From: Actinomycetota bacterium
GTDB lineage: Bacteria; Actinomycetota; Thermoleophilia; RBG-16-64-13
Assembly: GCA_012523095.1 (NCBI GenBank)
Contig: JAAYJE010000022.1
Location: forward strand, 4,784-68,783
Reading direction: 5' to 3'
Length of the DNA: 64,000 nucleotides
The notes beneath the pieces were generated by a model. It was not told where the DNA came from. It made no database searches and saw nothing but the letters and a program-made list of their open reading frames with translations. Numbering within the stretch: position 1 is the stretch's first letter; every line of letters begins with the position of its first letter. Positions 48,775 to 58,820 of this stretch are shown piece by piece. The translations under genes were made by a program, and so were the position numbers.

Positions 48775-50457
48775 TCACTCGACGGGCGTGGGCGGGATGC
48801 CCAGAGCCCTTAAGGAGAACGCTGCGATATCCGCGAACGCCGGTGCCGCCACATATGCCCCCAAGTGCTGAGTCGCGGGATCGTCCACCGTCACCAGGAT
48901 GACCAGCCGCGGACTATCGGCCGGCACCATACCGACAAAAGAAGCCACTACGTGGTCCTGATGGTAACCCCCGCCCTCTTTGACCTTCTGGGCCGTCCCC
49001 GTCTTGCCGGCCACCTTGTAGCCGGCCACCCGAGCCAGCTTGCCGGTACCGTCATCCACTGTGACGGTCAGCATCCGGCGCAGTTGCGCGGCGACGTCTT
49101 CGCTCACCACGCGCCGGCTCCAGGGCTCGGTGCGTCCCTTGGCGAGATGGGGCTGTATGAGCACCCCGTCATTGGCGATCGCAGCGTAAGCGGCGGCGAG
49201 TTGAAGAGGCGACACGGCCACACCGTGGCCTATGGGCACGTTGGCGATCGTGGTGCCCGACCACTTCTTCGCCGGAAGCATCTGCCCGCCGGTCTCGCCG
49301 GGGAAGTCCACGCCGAGCTTCTCGGTGAAGCCGAATTTGCCGATCATCTCCACCAACCGGGTCTTTCCGACCTCCAACCCGAGTTTGACCGTGCCCACAT
49401 TGGACGACTGAGCCAGTATCTCGGTCACGGTGAGATCCCGCACCTCCGGAACCCCCTCCTCGTGGGCTTCATGGATGGTCACGTCGTAGACCGTGATGCT
49501 CTTGCCCAACCGAAACGTGGTCTCCGGTGTGACCAAACCGGCCTCCAGGGCCGCAGCCGTGGTCACCATTTTAAAGGTGGACCCGGGTTCGTACTGATCG
49601 GTCACGGCCATGTTGCGGCGATCGCTCTCGGCGATATCGCCGGAGGCATAGCGGTTGGCGTCGAAGACCGGGGTATTGGCCATGGCGATGATCTCCCCCG
49701 TGCTGGGATCGAGGACCACGGCGCACGCCTTGGCGGCTTGGAACTCTCTCACGACCTCGGTAAGGATCTTCTCCGTCTCGTACTGGATATCAGCGTCGAT
49801 AGCAAGGACGATGTCGGCGCCGGCCTCCGCCTCTCTCACCGAGACTGTGGAGAGACGGTTACCCTCGTGGCCGCTGATGATCTGCTGGGCGCCGGGCAGA
49901 CCGGCCAATAGATCCTCGTACTCCAGTTCCAGCCCCGCCAGACCCGCGTAGTCGTCTCCTCCCACCAAGCCCAGCAGTTGCGGCGCCAGCGCCCCTTTCG
50001 GATAGACCCGTTTCACCTCCGGGCACACTCCGATGCCGGTCAGATCCTCCTCCTCGACCAAGGCCTGCACCTGCTTACCCACCGACTGTTCCACCCTCCG
50101 GGCAAGGTATCTGAAGCCGGAATCTGCGCTCAGCTTTTCCACCAAGTCCTGTTCCGGCACTTCGAGTATGGAGGCCAGCATCTTAGCCGCCCCCGCCGGC
50201 CCCTCGACTTGGCGGGGATTGGCATAGACGGACGCCATGGTCTGCGACACGGCCAGGGCCTGGCCGTCGCGGTCGTATATGGTGCCCCGCGGCGCCTCCA
50301 ACGCGATAGACCGCAAGGACTGGCCCTCGCCCTTCTCCTGCAGGGCGGGAGCGGCGATGACCTGCACGTAGAACGTCCGACCGAGGAGAACGGCCAGGAA
50401 CACGATAGCGAGGCCCATGAACAGCGCCAGACGCTTGTTCGTCCGGCCCACGGTCAC
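48775..50457 (-). CDS. ftsI: Penicillin-binding protein 2/FtsI family transpeptidase
   Basis: N-terminal TM, PBP dimerisation domain, and transpeptidase motifs STFK, SSN and KTGT. Confidence 0.9.
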   Translation of the reverse strand: MTVGRTNKRLALFMGLAIVFLAVLLGRTFYVQVIAAPALQEKGEGQSLRSIALEAPRGTIYDRDGQALAVSQTMASVYANPRQVEGPAGAAKMLASILEVPEQDLVEKLSADSGFRYLARRVEQSVGKQVQALVEEEDLTGIGVCPEVKRVYPKGALAPQLLGLVGGDDYAGLAGLELEYEDLLAGLPGAQQIISGHEGNRLSTVSVREAEAGADIVLAIDADIQYETEKILTEVVREFQAAKACAVVLDPSTGEIIAMANTPVFDANRYASGDIAESDRRNMAVTDQYEPGSTFKMVTTAAALEAGLVTPETTFRLGKSITVYDVTIHEAHEEGVPEVRDLTVTEILAQSSNVGTVKLGLEVGKTRLVEMIGKFGFTEKLGVDFPGETGGQMLPAKKWSGTTIANVPIGHGVAVSPLQLAAAYAAIANDGVLIQPHLAKGRTEPWSRRVVSEDVAAQLRRMLTVTVDDGTGKLARVAGYKVAGKTGTAQKVKEGGGYHQDHVVASFVGMVPADSPRLVILVTVDDPATQHLGAYVAAPAFADIAAFSLRALGIPPTPVE

Positions 50458-51026
50458 CTGCCGCTGATGGTAGGCTCACCTTCCGCCACTGGTGGACCCG
50501 GCTCAGCCTCCACGTAATGTACGTAGACGGCCGGACCCAGACCGAGTCGAGTCGCCTGTTCGGCAACCCTCTCAGGAGACGATAGCGCAGATATCTGAGC
50601 GGACAAGGCCGAGTTCGCCGCGGCCAACTCCTTCTGCTCAGACTCCAGCCGGCCGATCGTGGATTCTAGATCAGTCGAGGCTGAGTGGATCAACATCGGA
50701 GCGATGATGCAGGCCGCCACCAGAGCCCCGATCATCGCCAAAGCCATCACGATGAGGCCCCAGCGAGGTTGTTGCCGCCGGGCGACCAGCCGCAGTCGGG
50801 GCAGCGGCCTGGGAGCAACAACGGTGTCGCGCGACGGCTGCAGCACCCGAGCGGTGGCTTCACGGCCGTAATAGCGGGAAGAGTCCATACGGGCGGTCAC
50901 CTGTGTGCGAGCGGTGGGCCGCGTCTCTCCGAAACCCTTCGTCCCGCTTCTCCGTGAGGCCGACGAGGCACGGACGCTCTCTTCCCAATCCGCCATCCAA
51001 GCCAAACGCGCGATGCTGGTCATCAC
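50454..51026 (-). CDS. ftsL: Cell division protein FtsL-like (septum formation initiator family)
   Basis: Single TM followed by a short coiled coil. It sits between rsmH and ftsI. The start is uncertain. Confidence 0.5.
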   Translation of the reverse strand: MMTSIARLAWMADWEESVRASSASRRSGTKGFGETRPTARTQVTARMDSSRYYGREATARVLQPSRDTVVAPRPLPRLRLVARRQQPRWGLIVMALAMIGALVAACIIAPMLIHSASTDLESTIGRLESEQKELAAANSALSAQISALSSPERVAEQATRLGLGPAVYVHYVEAEPGPPVAEGEPTISGR

Positions 51027-51949
51027 AGCCTCCGAAGGACGCGCAACTTAGCCGAGCTGGAGCGCGGATTGGCTTCAAGCTCGCGCAACCCAGGAGTCAC
51101 GGCCTTGGGGGTTATGACCTCACCGGTTGCCCTGCCTCCGCACACACACACCGGGAATTCCGGCGGACAGGTGCACGCTCGAGCCTTGCCCGCGAAGAAC
51201 CCCTTGACCATACGATCCTCCAGTGAATGGAAGGTGATAACCGCCATGGAGCCTCCCGATTCGAGGAGCTCGAACGCCTCGGGGAGGGCGCGGCGTAGGC
51301 TGTTGAGCTCGTCGTTGACCTCGATGCGCAGCGCCTGGAAGACCCGCCGGGCCGGGTTGCCGGCGCCGAAACGGGCCGGTGTGGGGATGGCCCTCTTGAT
51401 GATGTCCACCAACTCGGCCGTGCGGGTGAACGGAGTCTGCGCCCGCCGGGCCACGATGGCCCGCGCGATTCGGCCTGAGTAACGTTCCTCGCCGTAGTTG
51501 CCGAACAGGCTGGTCAGCCTCCTCTCCGGCCACGTGTTCACGATATCCGCCGCCGTGATGGCCGACGCCGGGTCCATGCGCATGTCGAGAGGAGCATCGT
51601 AACTGTAGGAGAAGCCCCGCTCGGGAGTATCGATCTGCATGCTGCTGACACCCAAGTCCATGTATATATGAGTAGCTCGAAAGCCTTCATCGAGCAGGTC
51701 GGCGAGCGTGTCGGCGAAGTCCCCTGCGTAGAAGCGTGACTTACAGCGCAGTCCTGCCTTGAAGGAGACGTAGTACTCGTAGGCGACAGGATCTTGATCG
51801 CAGCAGATGATCGAACCGCCAGGGCCTAGTTTCGCCGCGACGGCGCCGGCATGTCCACTCGCGCCGAACGTGCAGTCGACCACTTGGGCGTTGCTTCCCA
51901 CGTCGAGCAGGTCGAGTAGTTCTTGCGTCAGTACCGGAACGTGAGCCAT
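51023..51949 (-). CDS. rsmH: 16S rRNA (cytosine1402-N4)-methyltransferase
   Basis: MAHVPVLTQELLDLL N-terminus and SAM-binding motifs. The ORF track extends to 52147; the start was set at ATG 51949, 6 nt after GGAG. Confidence 0.88.
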   Translation of the reverse strand: MAHVPVLTQELLDLLDVGSNAQVVDCTFGASGHAGAVAAKLGPGGSIICCDQDPVAYEYYVSFKAGLRCKSRFYAGDFADTLADLLDEGFRATHIYMDLGVSSMQIDTPERGFSYSYDAPLDMRMDPASAITAADIVNTWPERRLTSLFGNYGEERYSGRIARAIVARRAQTPFTRTAELVDIIKRAIPTPARFGAGNPARRVFQALRIEVNDELNSLRRALPEAFELLESGGSMAVITFHSLEDRMVKGFFAGKARACTCPPEFPVCVCGGRATGEVITPKAVTPGLRELEANPRSSSAKLRVLRRL

Positions 51950-51980
51950 GGCCATCTCCGTCACGAATGAGGCTGCCGCG

Positions 51981-52403
51981 CTAGCCATCCCCGCCCCTTT
52001 CCGCCGCTTCGAGAGCGTCGTAGGTCTCGGGATCCCAGATCTCCAGATGAGTACGGTTGCCGATGATCTTGATCTTCCCGGAGAGGCCCAATTCCTTGAT
52101 CCTCTGAGCGGGCACCAGGACCCGTCCCGACCGGTCAGGTTCAACACAGATCTGGTTCTTGTAGATCAAGCGGGTCTTCCATCTGTCCGTCCGGCTGCCG
52201 AACTCGTCCAGAGGCTCGATGTATTTGGCATCGAACTCCTTCCACGCCGCCGGGTGGTAGACGCGGATACAGGGCTCGTCGTCCAGCAGGCGAACGAGTA
52301 CGGCGCCGTACTGGAAATAGTCTCGATATCGCGCAGGAAGGGTGACTCGGCCTTTGGGGTCGAGTGTGTGGTCGTACTCCCCTGAGAGCAATTCCTGTTG
52401 CAT
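51981..52403 (-). CDS. mraZ: Transcriptional regulator MraZ
   Basis: Two SpoVT/AbrB-like repeats with the DxKGR motif (LDPKGRVTLPA and PDRSGRVLVPA). The start was set at MQQELLSGEYDHTLD. Confidence 0.9.
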   Translation of the reverse strand: MQQELLSGEYDHTLDPKGRVTLPARYRDYFQYGAVLVRLLDDEPCIRVYHPAAWKEFDAKYIEPLDEFGSRTDRWKTRLIYKNQICVEPDRSGRVLVPAQRIKELGLSGKIKIIGNRTHLEIWDPETYDALEAAERGGDG

Positions 52404-52640
52404 GGAACCCACAATAGCCCAAATTGTTCCACTATGCAATACATTTCTTCCATTTCAGCCCACCGAATCCTCTACGGACGGCCTGTGGGAGCAGGATCTG
52501 AAGATGTGAGGAGACGCCTCATCGAGATGGGTCAAAACGGAGGTTACTGCACTATTCAATGCAGTACAAAATTACGCAAGATATATTACATCAAGCGCCC
52601 GAAACGACGCCTGCGCAACGCTCGCGGTGTTCAGATGTCG
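52404..52640 (-). promoter_or_regulatory. dcw-cluster/mraZ promoter region: AT-rich, candidate leaderless promoter TTGCAT-17-TATTGT, plus two 14-bp direct repeats and a 6-bp inverted repeat
   Basis: On the minus strand, TTGCAT (52439..52434) is separated by 17 bp from TATTGT (52416..52411), about 7 nt upstream of the mraZ ATG. The direct repeats are CACTATGCAATACA (52430-52443) and CACTATTCAATGCA (52550-52563). The palindrome is ACTGCA-N8-TGCAGT (52546-52565). Local GC is about 45%, against about 67% in the surroundings. Confidence 0.4.
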
Positions 52641-53149
52641 CGGGCTTCCAATCTGAGCAGAGCCTCTTTCCGCTCTAGCCCTCCGGCAAAACCGGTGAGA
52701 GCGCCGTTGCTTCCGACAACCCGATGGCAGGGGATGATGATCGACACGGGATTACGTCCCACCGCCGCACCTACCGCACGTGCGGCTTGAGGTCTGCCCA
52801 GATCACGAGCGATGTCCCCGTACGAGATCCGAGCCCCATATGGGATCCTCTGAAGGCACTGCCAAACCTCTTGCTGGAAGGGGGTCCCTACCGGGGCCGA
52901 CGGGAGCTCGAAGCAGGTTCGTGACCCGTCGAAATACTCCGCGAGTTGAGACGCGACCGCCAAGAAGAGGGGAAGGGAATCATCCCGTATCCAGTCGCCC
53001 CCCGGCCGAGGCTCGTACTTCTCTCCCTCCAGATAGAGGCCGGTGAGCGAGCCGCCCTCGGAGGTAACAAGGATGCGGCCGAGCGGGCTCTCCGTGTAGG
53101 AGTAGATCACTGTGGTACCCCTGTTCATCGCAGTCCCCTTGGTCATCAT
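52631..53149 (-). CDS. ogt: Methylated-DNA--protein-cysteine methyltransferase
   Basis: PCHRV active-site motif with a C-terminal HTH. 172 aa. Confidence 0.9.
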   Translation of the reverse strand: MMTKGTAMNRGTTVIYSYTESPLGRILVTSEGGSLTGLYLEGEKYEPRPGGDWIRDDSLPLFLAVASQLAEYFDGSRTCFELPSAPVGTPFQQEVWQCLQRIPYGARISYGDIARDLGRPQAARAVGAAVGRNPVSIIIPCHRVVGSNGALTGFAGGLERKEALLRLEARDI

Positions 53150-54636
53150 GACTCCTCTGTTGGTCGTCGATCCTCAGTTGAGCGTCGATCCTCTATGTGC
53201 TGCTCCTCCAGCATCCGCCAAAGATGCATGACCGCGTATGAACGCCAGGGTCGCCACACTTCCGCGCGCTTCTGCGCGCGCTTCGGATCGTCCTCCTGCA
53301 TGGCCCTGAGTACACCACGATCTGAGGCAGGAAAGCTGTCGGGCCACGTAAGACCTCGCATCACCACGTACTCAGCCGTCCAGTCACCCACCCCCTGTAG
53401 CCGCCGGAGCGAGGCGTCAAGGAGGGTTGGGTCACCGCCCGGCGCTATCGAGAGCTCCCCGGAGGCAACGGCCTGGGCCACTCCAACGATGGAGCGGGCC
53501 CGCGTGCCCACCACACCCAGGACCTGGATGTCCGCGGGAGAGGTCTCGGCCAGCCGTTCTGCCGTCGGAAAAAGGTGCGAAAGCCCCGCAGGCGCGGAAG
53601 TGAGAGGCTCTCCAAACGACCGGACCAGCCGGGTGGCAAGGGTGCGCGCGGCCTGTACCGTCACTTGTTGGCCGAGGATCGCCCGGGCCGTCAGCTCAAA
53701 ACCATCCCAGGACCCCGGCAGGCGGAGTCCGGGACGTCGAGCGGCAAGATCACCCAACCCCGCCGCCACGGCATCAGGGTCCGATGACAGATCGAAGGCC
53801 TGTTTGGCCCGACTGAGCACGCGAGGAAGGACTTTCGACAGAGAGGCCGAGACCATCATGATCAGCGCCGGCTTCGTCTGCGAAGGGGAAGCCGAGATCC
53901 ATCCGGTATGGATCTCACCATGATGCTCGATGCGGAGCGTCCGATAATACGTGTCACCGTCGACGGATTCCACGCCCCCTATCGCCCTGCGTCCAAGGAA
54001 GGAGCGAAGGGCATCCCAGTCGAGCGGCGGACGGTAGGTAAGCTCGAACCTGAACGCGCCGAGCGAAGAAGACCCTCTCCTCTGCTTCCGGAGGGTGGTG
54101 GGACTCAAGCGGTATCGCTCCTGGAACAAGGCGTTGAAACGCTGGATACTGCCGAATCCACACGCGAACGCAACCTCGGCCATCGACAGGTGCGTATCTG
54201 TGAGCAGCCGTTTGGCGAGCAGCAGTCGTTGTGTCTGAGCGAAGACAACGGGGGAGACTCCGAACTCGGCTTTGAAAACCCGACGTAGGTGACGAAGCGT
54301 CACCGCAAGCCCCTGGGCCAGAGCGTCGAGATCGAGTCCGTTCGATATGCGGTCCTCGATCATGCCTGCCGCTCGTTGCGCGAGCCTGCCGGATGCGTCG
54401 ACGCCGGCATTCCCGGGAGCCAGTTCAGGGCGGCAGAGAAGACAGGGACGATATCCGGCAGCCTCGGCGGCCGCCGCGCTTGGGAAGAAGGAGCAGTTGC
54501 CGGGCTTGGGCCGGCGGGCGCGACATACAGGACGACAATAGACGCCGGTTGAGGAGACGCCTACGAAAAACCGGCCATCAAAACGCGGATCGCGGGCGCT
54601 CATGGCTCTGTAGCATGCGTCGGGGTCGAGCATCAT
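53146..54636 (-). CDS. alkA: Bifunctional Ada N-terminal domain (methylphosphotriester repair, AraC-type HTH) fused to DNA-3-methyladenine glycosylase II (AlkA)
   Basis: N-terminal Zn-binding Cys cluster (CRPVCRARRPKPGNCSFF...CLLC), AraC HTH, then an HhH-GPD glycosylase domain. The fusion plus downstream ogt mirrors the known mycobacterial arrangement. Confidence 0.85.
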   Translation of the reverse strand: MMLDPDACYRAMSARDPRFDGRFFVGVSSTGVYCRPVCRARRPKPGNCSFFPSAAAAEAAGYRPCLLCRPELAPGNAGVDASGRLAQRAAGMIEDRISNGLDLDALAQGLAVTLRHLRRVFKAEFGVSPVVFAQTQRLLLAKRLLTDTHLSMAEVAFACGFGSIQRFNALFQERYRLSPTTLRKQRRGSSSLGAFRFELTYRPPLDWDALRSFLGRRAIGGVESVDGDTYYRTLRIEHHGEIHTGWISASPSQTKPALIMMVSASLSKVLPRVLSRAKQAFDLSSDPDAVAAGLGDLAARRPGLRLPGSWDGFELTARAILGQQVTVQAARTLATRLVRSFGEPLTSAPAGLSHLFPTAERLAETSPADIQVLGVVGTRARSIVGVAQAVASGELSIAPGGDPTLLDASLRRLQGVGDWTAEYVVMRGLTWPDSFPASDRGVLRAMQEDDPKRAQKRAEVWRPWRSYAVMHLWRMLEEQHIEDRRSTEDRRPTEES

Positions 54637-54638
54637 GG

Positions 54639-57083
54639 CTACACTTTCTTCAGCGGCGCGTACTCGAGCAGTAGACGCTTCTGTTCCCCCAGTCCCGTGA
54701 AGAAGACACGGACAACGCCGCCGGGCTCAACGCCCAGCACCACCCCCTCACCGAACTTAGCGTGGATGACCTTGTCGCCCGTGGCGAGGCCGGAAACCGC
54801 CGGTGCGGCCGCCCGCCCTGGGCCGCGGGTCGCACGAGGCCGGCCGGGGACCCCGCGTCCCTGACCGCCGTCGCCTCGGAACTCCACCAGCTTCGCGGGT
54901 ATCTCCCCCAGGAAGCGGCTCGGCAACCTGTAGCCGGCGCCCCCATGAAGGGTCCGCGACCTGGCGTGCGACAGATAGAGGCGGTCCTTGGCCCGCGTGA
55001 TACCCACGTAGCAGAGACGTCGCTCCTCCTCCAGTCGCTGCTCATCCAGTGAGCGAGAGTGCGGGAACAGCCCCTCCTCCATCCCCGTGATGAACACCAC
55101 CGGGAATTCCAGGCCTTTCGCATTGTGAAGCGTCATGAGCGTGACGACCGGCCGTCCCTCCTCCATGCTGTCGATGTCGGCATAAAGACTGATCTCCTGC
55201 AAAAAGTCGGTGAGGGTCCCCTCGGGATTCATACGATCGAACTCCGCGGCCACGTTCACGAATTCCTCCAGGTTCTCGACGCGCCCTTCCGCTTCTAGAG
55301 TCCTCTCAGCTCTCAGCGCTTGGAGAAGCCCGCTCTCCTCGAGTACCCGGCGCACGACATCGGCGACAGGGACCCGCTCCTTCGCGGCATCGACAGTCGC
55401 TGCCGCAGTGACTTCCGCAGCGACTTCCGCAGCGACTTCCGCAGCGGTCTCGGCCGCAACGACCTCCGAACCGGCCTCGGCCACGCCGAGAACCCCGGCG
55501 GTGGCTCCGGCCCGACCCGCATCTGCTGCCTCGGCCTCCTCGGAGCCGGTGGTCTCGGCTTCGCCGGCCTCGGTCACACCCGCCGCCTCCGCCCAGCATA
55601 CGAAGCCCTCCCCCAACCGTACACAGGCCGCGGTGGCCGCGGAGGTCAGACCCTGCACCTCCGTCGCCCTTGCCAAGGCCTCGCGCAGAGGTATTTCCTG
55701 ATCGCGCGCGTAGCCCTGCAGCCGACCGACGGCGATGTCTCCCAATCCCCGCCGCGGCGTGTTGATGACACGGAGGAGAGACAGGTCGTCGGTCACGTTG
55801 ACCATCACGCGCAGGTAGGCCAGCAGATCTTTGATCTCGGCACGCTGGTAGAACTTGGCGCCGCCTATGATCCGATAACCGATACCTTGCCGGACCAGCA
55901 TATCCTCAAGCACTCGAGATTGGGCATTGACTCGATAGAACACGGCCACATCGGAGGCGGGCCGCTCCCGGAGTGTCTTCACCATCTCTTCACAGATCAG
56001 CCGCGCCTCCTCGTGCTCGTCGCGGCATTCGAGCACTACCACCTGATCGCCGGTGCCTCGCTCGCTCCAGAGATTCTTGGGTTTGCGACCCCTATTGTGG
56101 GAAACGAGAGCGTTCGCCACGTCGAGGATGGTGGAGGTGGAGCGATAATTCTGTTCCAGCTTGACGACCTTGGTATCGGGGAAGTCCTCCTCGAAGTTGA
56201 GGATGTTGCGAACATCGGCTCCACGCCAAGAGTACACCGACTGGTCGTCGTCGCCGACCACGGTCACCTGGCGGTGCTCCTCGGTCAGCAATTTTACCAG
56301 CACGTACTGGGCCCGGTTCGTGTCCTGGTACTCATCCACCAGGACATGACGGAATTGATCGCGGTAATACTCGAGCCGCTCGGGGAACAGCCGCAACACG
56401 TCCACCACACGCATGAGCAGATCATCGAAATCTAAGGCGTTCTGATCCAGGAGCCGTGCCTGGTAGCGCTTGTAGACCTGAGCCGACACGTCCCAATAGC
56501 CGGACGGCCCGTCCTCGGCGGCCATCCCCTCGGGCCAGGAGCCGCCACCCGCAGAACCTCCGCCGCCCATGGAGCGTTGCCGGGCGAAATCGTCCACGTC
56601 CACAAGCCTGCTCTTAGCGTCGGAGATGAGGTTCTGGACCCCCCTTGGGGGAAACCGCTTTGTGTCGAGACGCAGATCTTCCAGGCAGTGCTTGATGAGC
56701 CGGGTGGAATCATCTTCGTCGTAGATGGTGAAGTTGGAGCGATAACCGAGCAGGGGAGCGTCGGTACGGAGCATGCGGGCACAGGCCGAGTGGAACGTGG
56801 AGACCCACATCCATCCGGACACGTGGCCCAGAAGGCCCGCCACCCTCTCCCGCATCTCCCCGGCGGCCTTATTGGTGAAGGTGATGGCCAGAGTCTGATA
56901 CGGCCGCACCTGTCCACTCTCGATGAGATAGGCCAACCGATAAGTCAGTACCCTGGTCTTGCCGGAGCCGGCGCCGGCCAGCACCAACAGGGGACCGCCG
57001 GAATGGAGGACGGCCTCCCGCTGCCTGTCGTTGAGGTCGGCAGCCAGGCCGGAGCCCGCCGGCTCAGGAGTCCGGCGCGTCAT
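54639..57083 (-). CDS. pcrA: ATP-dependent DNA helicase PcrA/UvrD
   Basis: Walker A GAGSGKT and UvrD helicase motifs. 814 aa. It contains an Ala/Glu-rich low-complexity insertion. Confidence 0.9.
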   Translation of the reverse strand: MTRRTPEPAGSGLAADLNDRQREAVLHSGGPLLVLAGAGSGKTRVLTYRLAYLIESGQVRPYQTLAITFTNKAAGEMRERVAGLLGHVSGWMWVSTFHSACARMLRTDAPLLGYRSNFTIYDEDDSTRLIKHCLEDLRLDTKRFPPRGVQNLISDAKSRLVDVDDFARQRSMGGGGSAGGGSWPEGMAAEDGPSGYWDVSAQVYKRYQARLLDQNALDFDDLLMRVVDVLRLFPERLEYYRDQFRHVLVDEYQDTNRAQYVLVKLLTEEHRQVTVVGDDDQSVYSWRGADVRNILNFEEDFPDTKVVKLEQNYRSTSTILDVANALVSHNRGRKPKNLWSERGTGDQVVVLECRDEHEEARLICEEMVKTLRERPASDVAVFYRVNAQSRVLEDMLVRQGIGYRIIGGAKFYQRAEIKDLLAYLRVMVNVTDDLSLLRVINTPRRGLGDIAVGRLQGYARDQEIPLREALARATEVQGLTSAATAACVRLGEGFVCWAEAAGVTEAGEAETTGSEEAEAADAGRAGATAGVLGVAEAGSEVVAAETAAEVAAEVAAEVTAAATVDAAKERVPVADVVRRVLEESGLLQALRAERTLEAEGRVENLEEFVNVAAEFDRMNPEGTLTDFLQEISLYADIDSMEEGRPVVTLMTLHNAKGLEFPVVFITGMEEGLFPHSRSLDEQRLEEERRLCYVGITRAKDRLYLSHARSRTLHGGAGYRLPSRFLGEIPAKLVEFRGDGGQGRGVPGRPRATRGPGRAAAPAVSGLATGDKVIHAKFGEGVVLGVEPGGVVRVFFTGLGEQKRLLLEYAPLKKV
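55399..55470. repeat. 12-bp tandem repeat (GACTTCCGCAGC x3 plus degenerate copies) inside pcrA
   Basis: Seen directly in the sequence. It encodes the [12 protein letters not shown] repeat within the PcrA insertion. Confidence 0.7.
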
Positions 57084-57933
57084 CGGCTAGAAATGCATCG
57101 CAGGCCGTATCCAGACTCGGGAGAGGCTGCCCCAAGCCGCGGTCCTCATCCGTCGCCACGACCGGGAGCGTCTCTGCATCACCGGCCGTTTCGCGAAGCC
57201 GTCTGATCTCGTTCTCCAGGTGCACCACTCGACGTACCAGGCATTTCATGGCTTCGGCCACCGGGTCGGGGAGAAGGGTGTAGTCGATGTCGGGGATGCC
57301 GACCTTCGCCCCCTCGCTCATGACAGGACGCCCGGGATTGCCCACCACAGTCGAATTGTCGGGGACGTCGTGTATCACGACGCTGCCGGCTCCGACTCTC
57401 ACGTTGTCGCCCACCTTGATCGAGCCGAGGAGCAGCGAGCCGGCGCCGATCACCGCGTTGTCACCCACGGTGGGATGGCGCTTGCCCGTTTCTTTGCCGG
57501 TGCCCCCTAGGGTCACTCCCTGGTAGATGGTGACGTTCTCTCCTAGCTCGGCAGTCTCTCCGATAACCACACCGGCCCCATGGTCGATGAAGAATCCATC
57601 GCCCAGGGTGGCCCCCGGATGTATCTCGATGCCGGTGGCGAGACGCGCGACCTGGGAAATGACCCGCGGGACACAGGGTACGTTGCGCCCCCAGAGAGAG
57701 TGAGCCAGGCGATGCAACCAGACGGCGTGCAGGCCCGGATAGCAGACTAGAATCTCGAACAGATTGCGGGCGGCGGGGTCCCGCTGTCTGATCGCTTTGA
57801 TATCGCTCGCGAAGAGGGTGGTCATGCGGGCGGCTGCAGCGCTGAGACGGGCAAGGCTGCCGGTGCCTTTGCCGTGTGCCGCTGAGAGGCCGCTCTGTCC
57901 GCCCTGTTTCCCCTCGTCGATCGGTCCGTTCAT
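57064..57933 (-). CDS. cysE: Serine O-acetyltransferase with ~70-aa C-terminal extension
   Basis: SAT N-terminal helical domain followed by left-handed beta-helix hexapeptide repeats ([26 protein letters not shown]). Alternative start MTTLFASD at 57825. Confidence 0.85.
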   Translation of the reverse strand: MNGPIDEGKQGGQSGLSAAHGKGTGSLARLSAAAARMTTLFASDIKAIRQRDPAARNLFEILVCYPGLHAVWLHRLAHSLWGRNVPCVPRVISQVARLATGIEIHPGATLGDGFFIDHGAGVVIGETAELGENVTIYQGVTLGGTGKETGKRHPTVGDNAVIGAGSLLLGSIKVGDNVRVGAGSVVIHDVPDNSTVVGNPGRPVMSEGAKVGIPDIDYTLLPDPVAEAMKCLVRRVVHLENEIRRLRETAGDAETLPVVATDEDRGLGQPLPSLDTACDAFLADDAPDS

Positions 57934-58820
57934 GCCTTCTCCTCCGACGCGGCGCCAAGTGATGTACGCGCCGCGACGTCCCTCAACGCCTCGTTCAAGC
58001 CGCCGCTTCTGAAACCCTCCAGATCCAGCGCCACATGGATGTAGCCCACCTCGCGCAGGCGCCTAACGATAGCACGCCGCACGGACTCCTCCGCCGCCAC
58101 GGGGATGTCGTCTACGCCCACTTCGATCCGAGCCAGGTCCCCATGGTGCCGCACGCGACAGGTCGTCAGCCCGAGCCCCCGCAGATGACGTTCCCCTTCG
58201 GCCACCATACGGAGTTTGGCCACGGTAAGCGACTCACCGTAAGGGAACCGGGAGGCCAGGCAGGGAGACGCCGGCCGGTCCCAGTCCGGCAGCCCAAGTT
58301 CCCGCGCCAGGGCGCGGACTCCGGCCTTGCCGATGCCGGCCTCGGCCAGAGGGCTGCGAACACCCAACTCCGCCGCCGCCCGACTTCCCGGACGGTAGTC
58401 GGCTTCGTCATCGAGGTTGCCGCCATCGACGACGGTCTTCAAATCCTCAGCCCATGCTATTTCTACCAACTTCGCGTACATGCACCTCTTGCATAAGTAA
58501 CAACGGTCGGGAGGATTGGCACTGAAGCCGGGGATAGCGAGCTCGCTCGTGCAAATGACCAGGTGGCGGGCGCCCAGTCGCGCGGCCGTTTCACGGGCCG
58601 CGGCCGCCTCCTCATCGGTATGCACGTCACCACACGCGGTCACCGCCAGGACGCGTTCAGCCCCCAGTTCGTCCACTGCGACTCTGAGGACCACGGTGGA
58701 GTCCACGCCTCCCGAAAATGCCACCAGCAACGGGCCCCATTCTCGCACAAGGCCGCGGAGCTTCTCTTCGCCGGAAGGGGCGCTCATGGAGCCGCCACCG
58801 TCCGCCTGCTCCCACAGCAC
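57930..58820 (-). CDS. PP-loop ATP pyrophosphatase family protein, LarE-like (TIGR00268-like) with a Cys cluster
   Basis: SGGVDS PP-loop near the N-terminus and a C..(16)..CxxCxxC cluster (CTSE...DRCYLCKRC). 296 aa. My line-position indexing in this region drifts by 1 nt relative to the ORF track, so coordinates are taken from the track. Confidence 0.6.
   Translation of the reverse strand: MLWEQADGGGSMSAPSGEEKLRGLVREWGPLLVAFSGGVDSTVVLRVAVDELGAERVLAVTACGDVHTDEEAAAARETAARLGARHLVICTSELAIPGFSANPPDRCYLCKRCMYAKLVEIAWAEDLKTVVDGGNLDDEADYRPGSRAAAELGVRSPLAEAGIGKAGVRALARELGLPDWDRPASPCLASRFPYGESLTVAKLRMVAEGERHLRGLGLTTCRVRHHGDLARIEVGVDDIPVAAEESVRRAIVRRLREVGYIHVALDLEGFRSGGLNEALRDVAARTSLGAASEEKA

Noticed and set aside
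58166-58426. 86-aa minus-strand ORF as a possible ThiS/MoaD-like sulfur carrier for the ThiF homologue.
   Set aside because: It lies entirely inside the LarE-like gene in another frame. It has no beta-grasp-like pattern or C-terminal Gly-Gly terminus.
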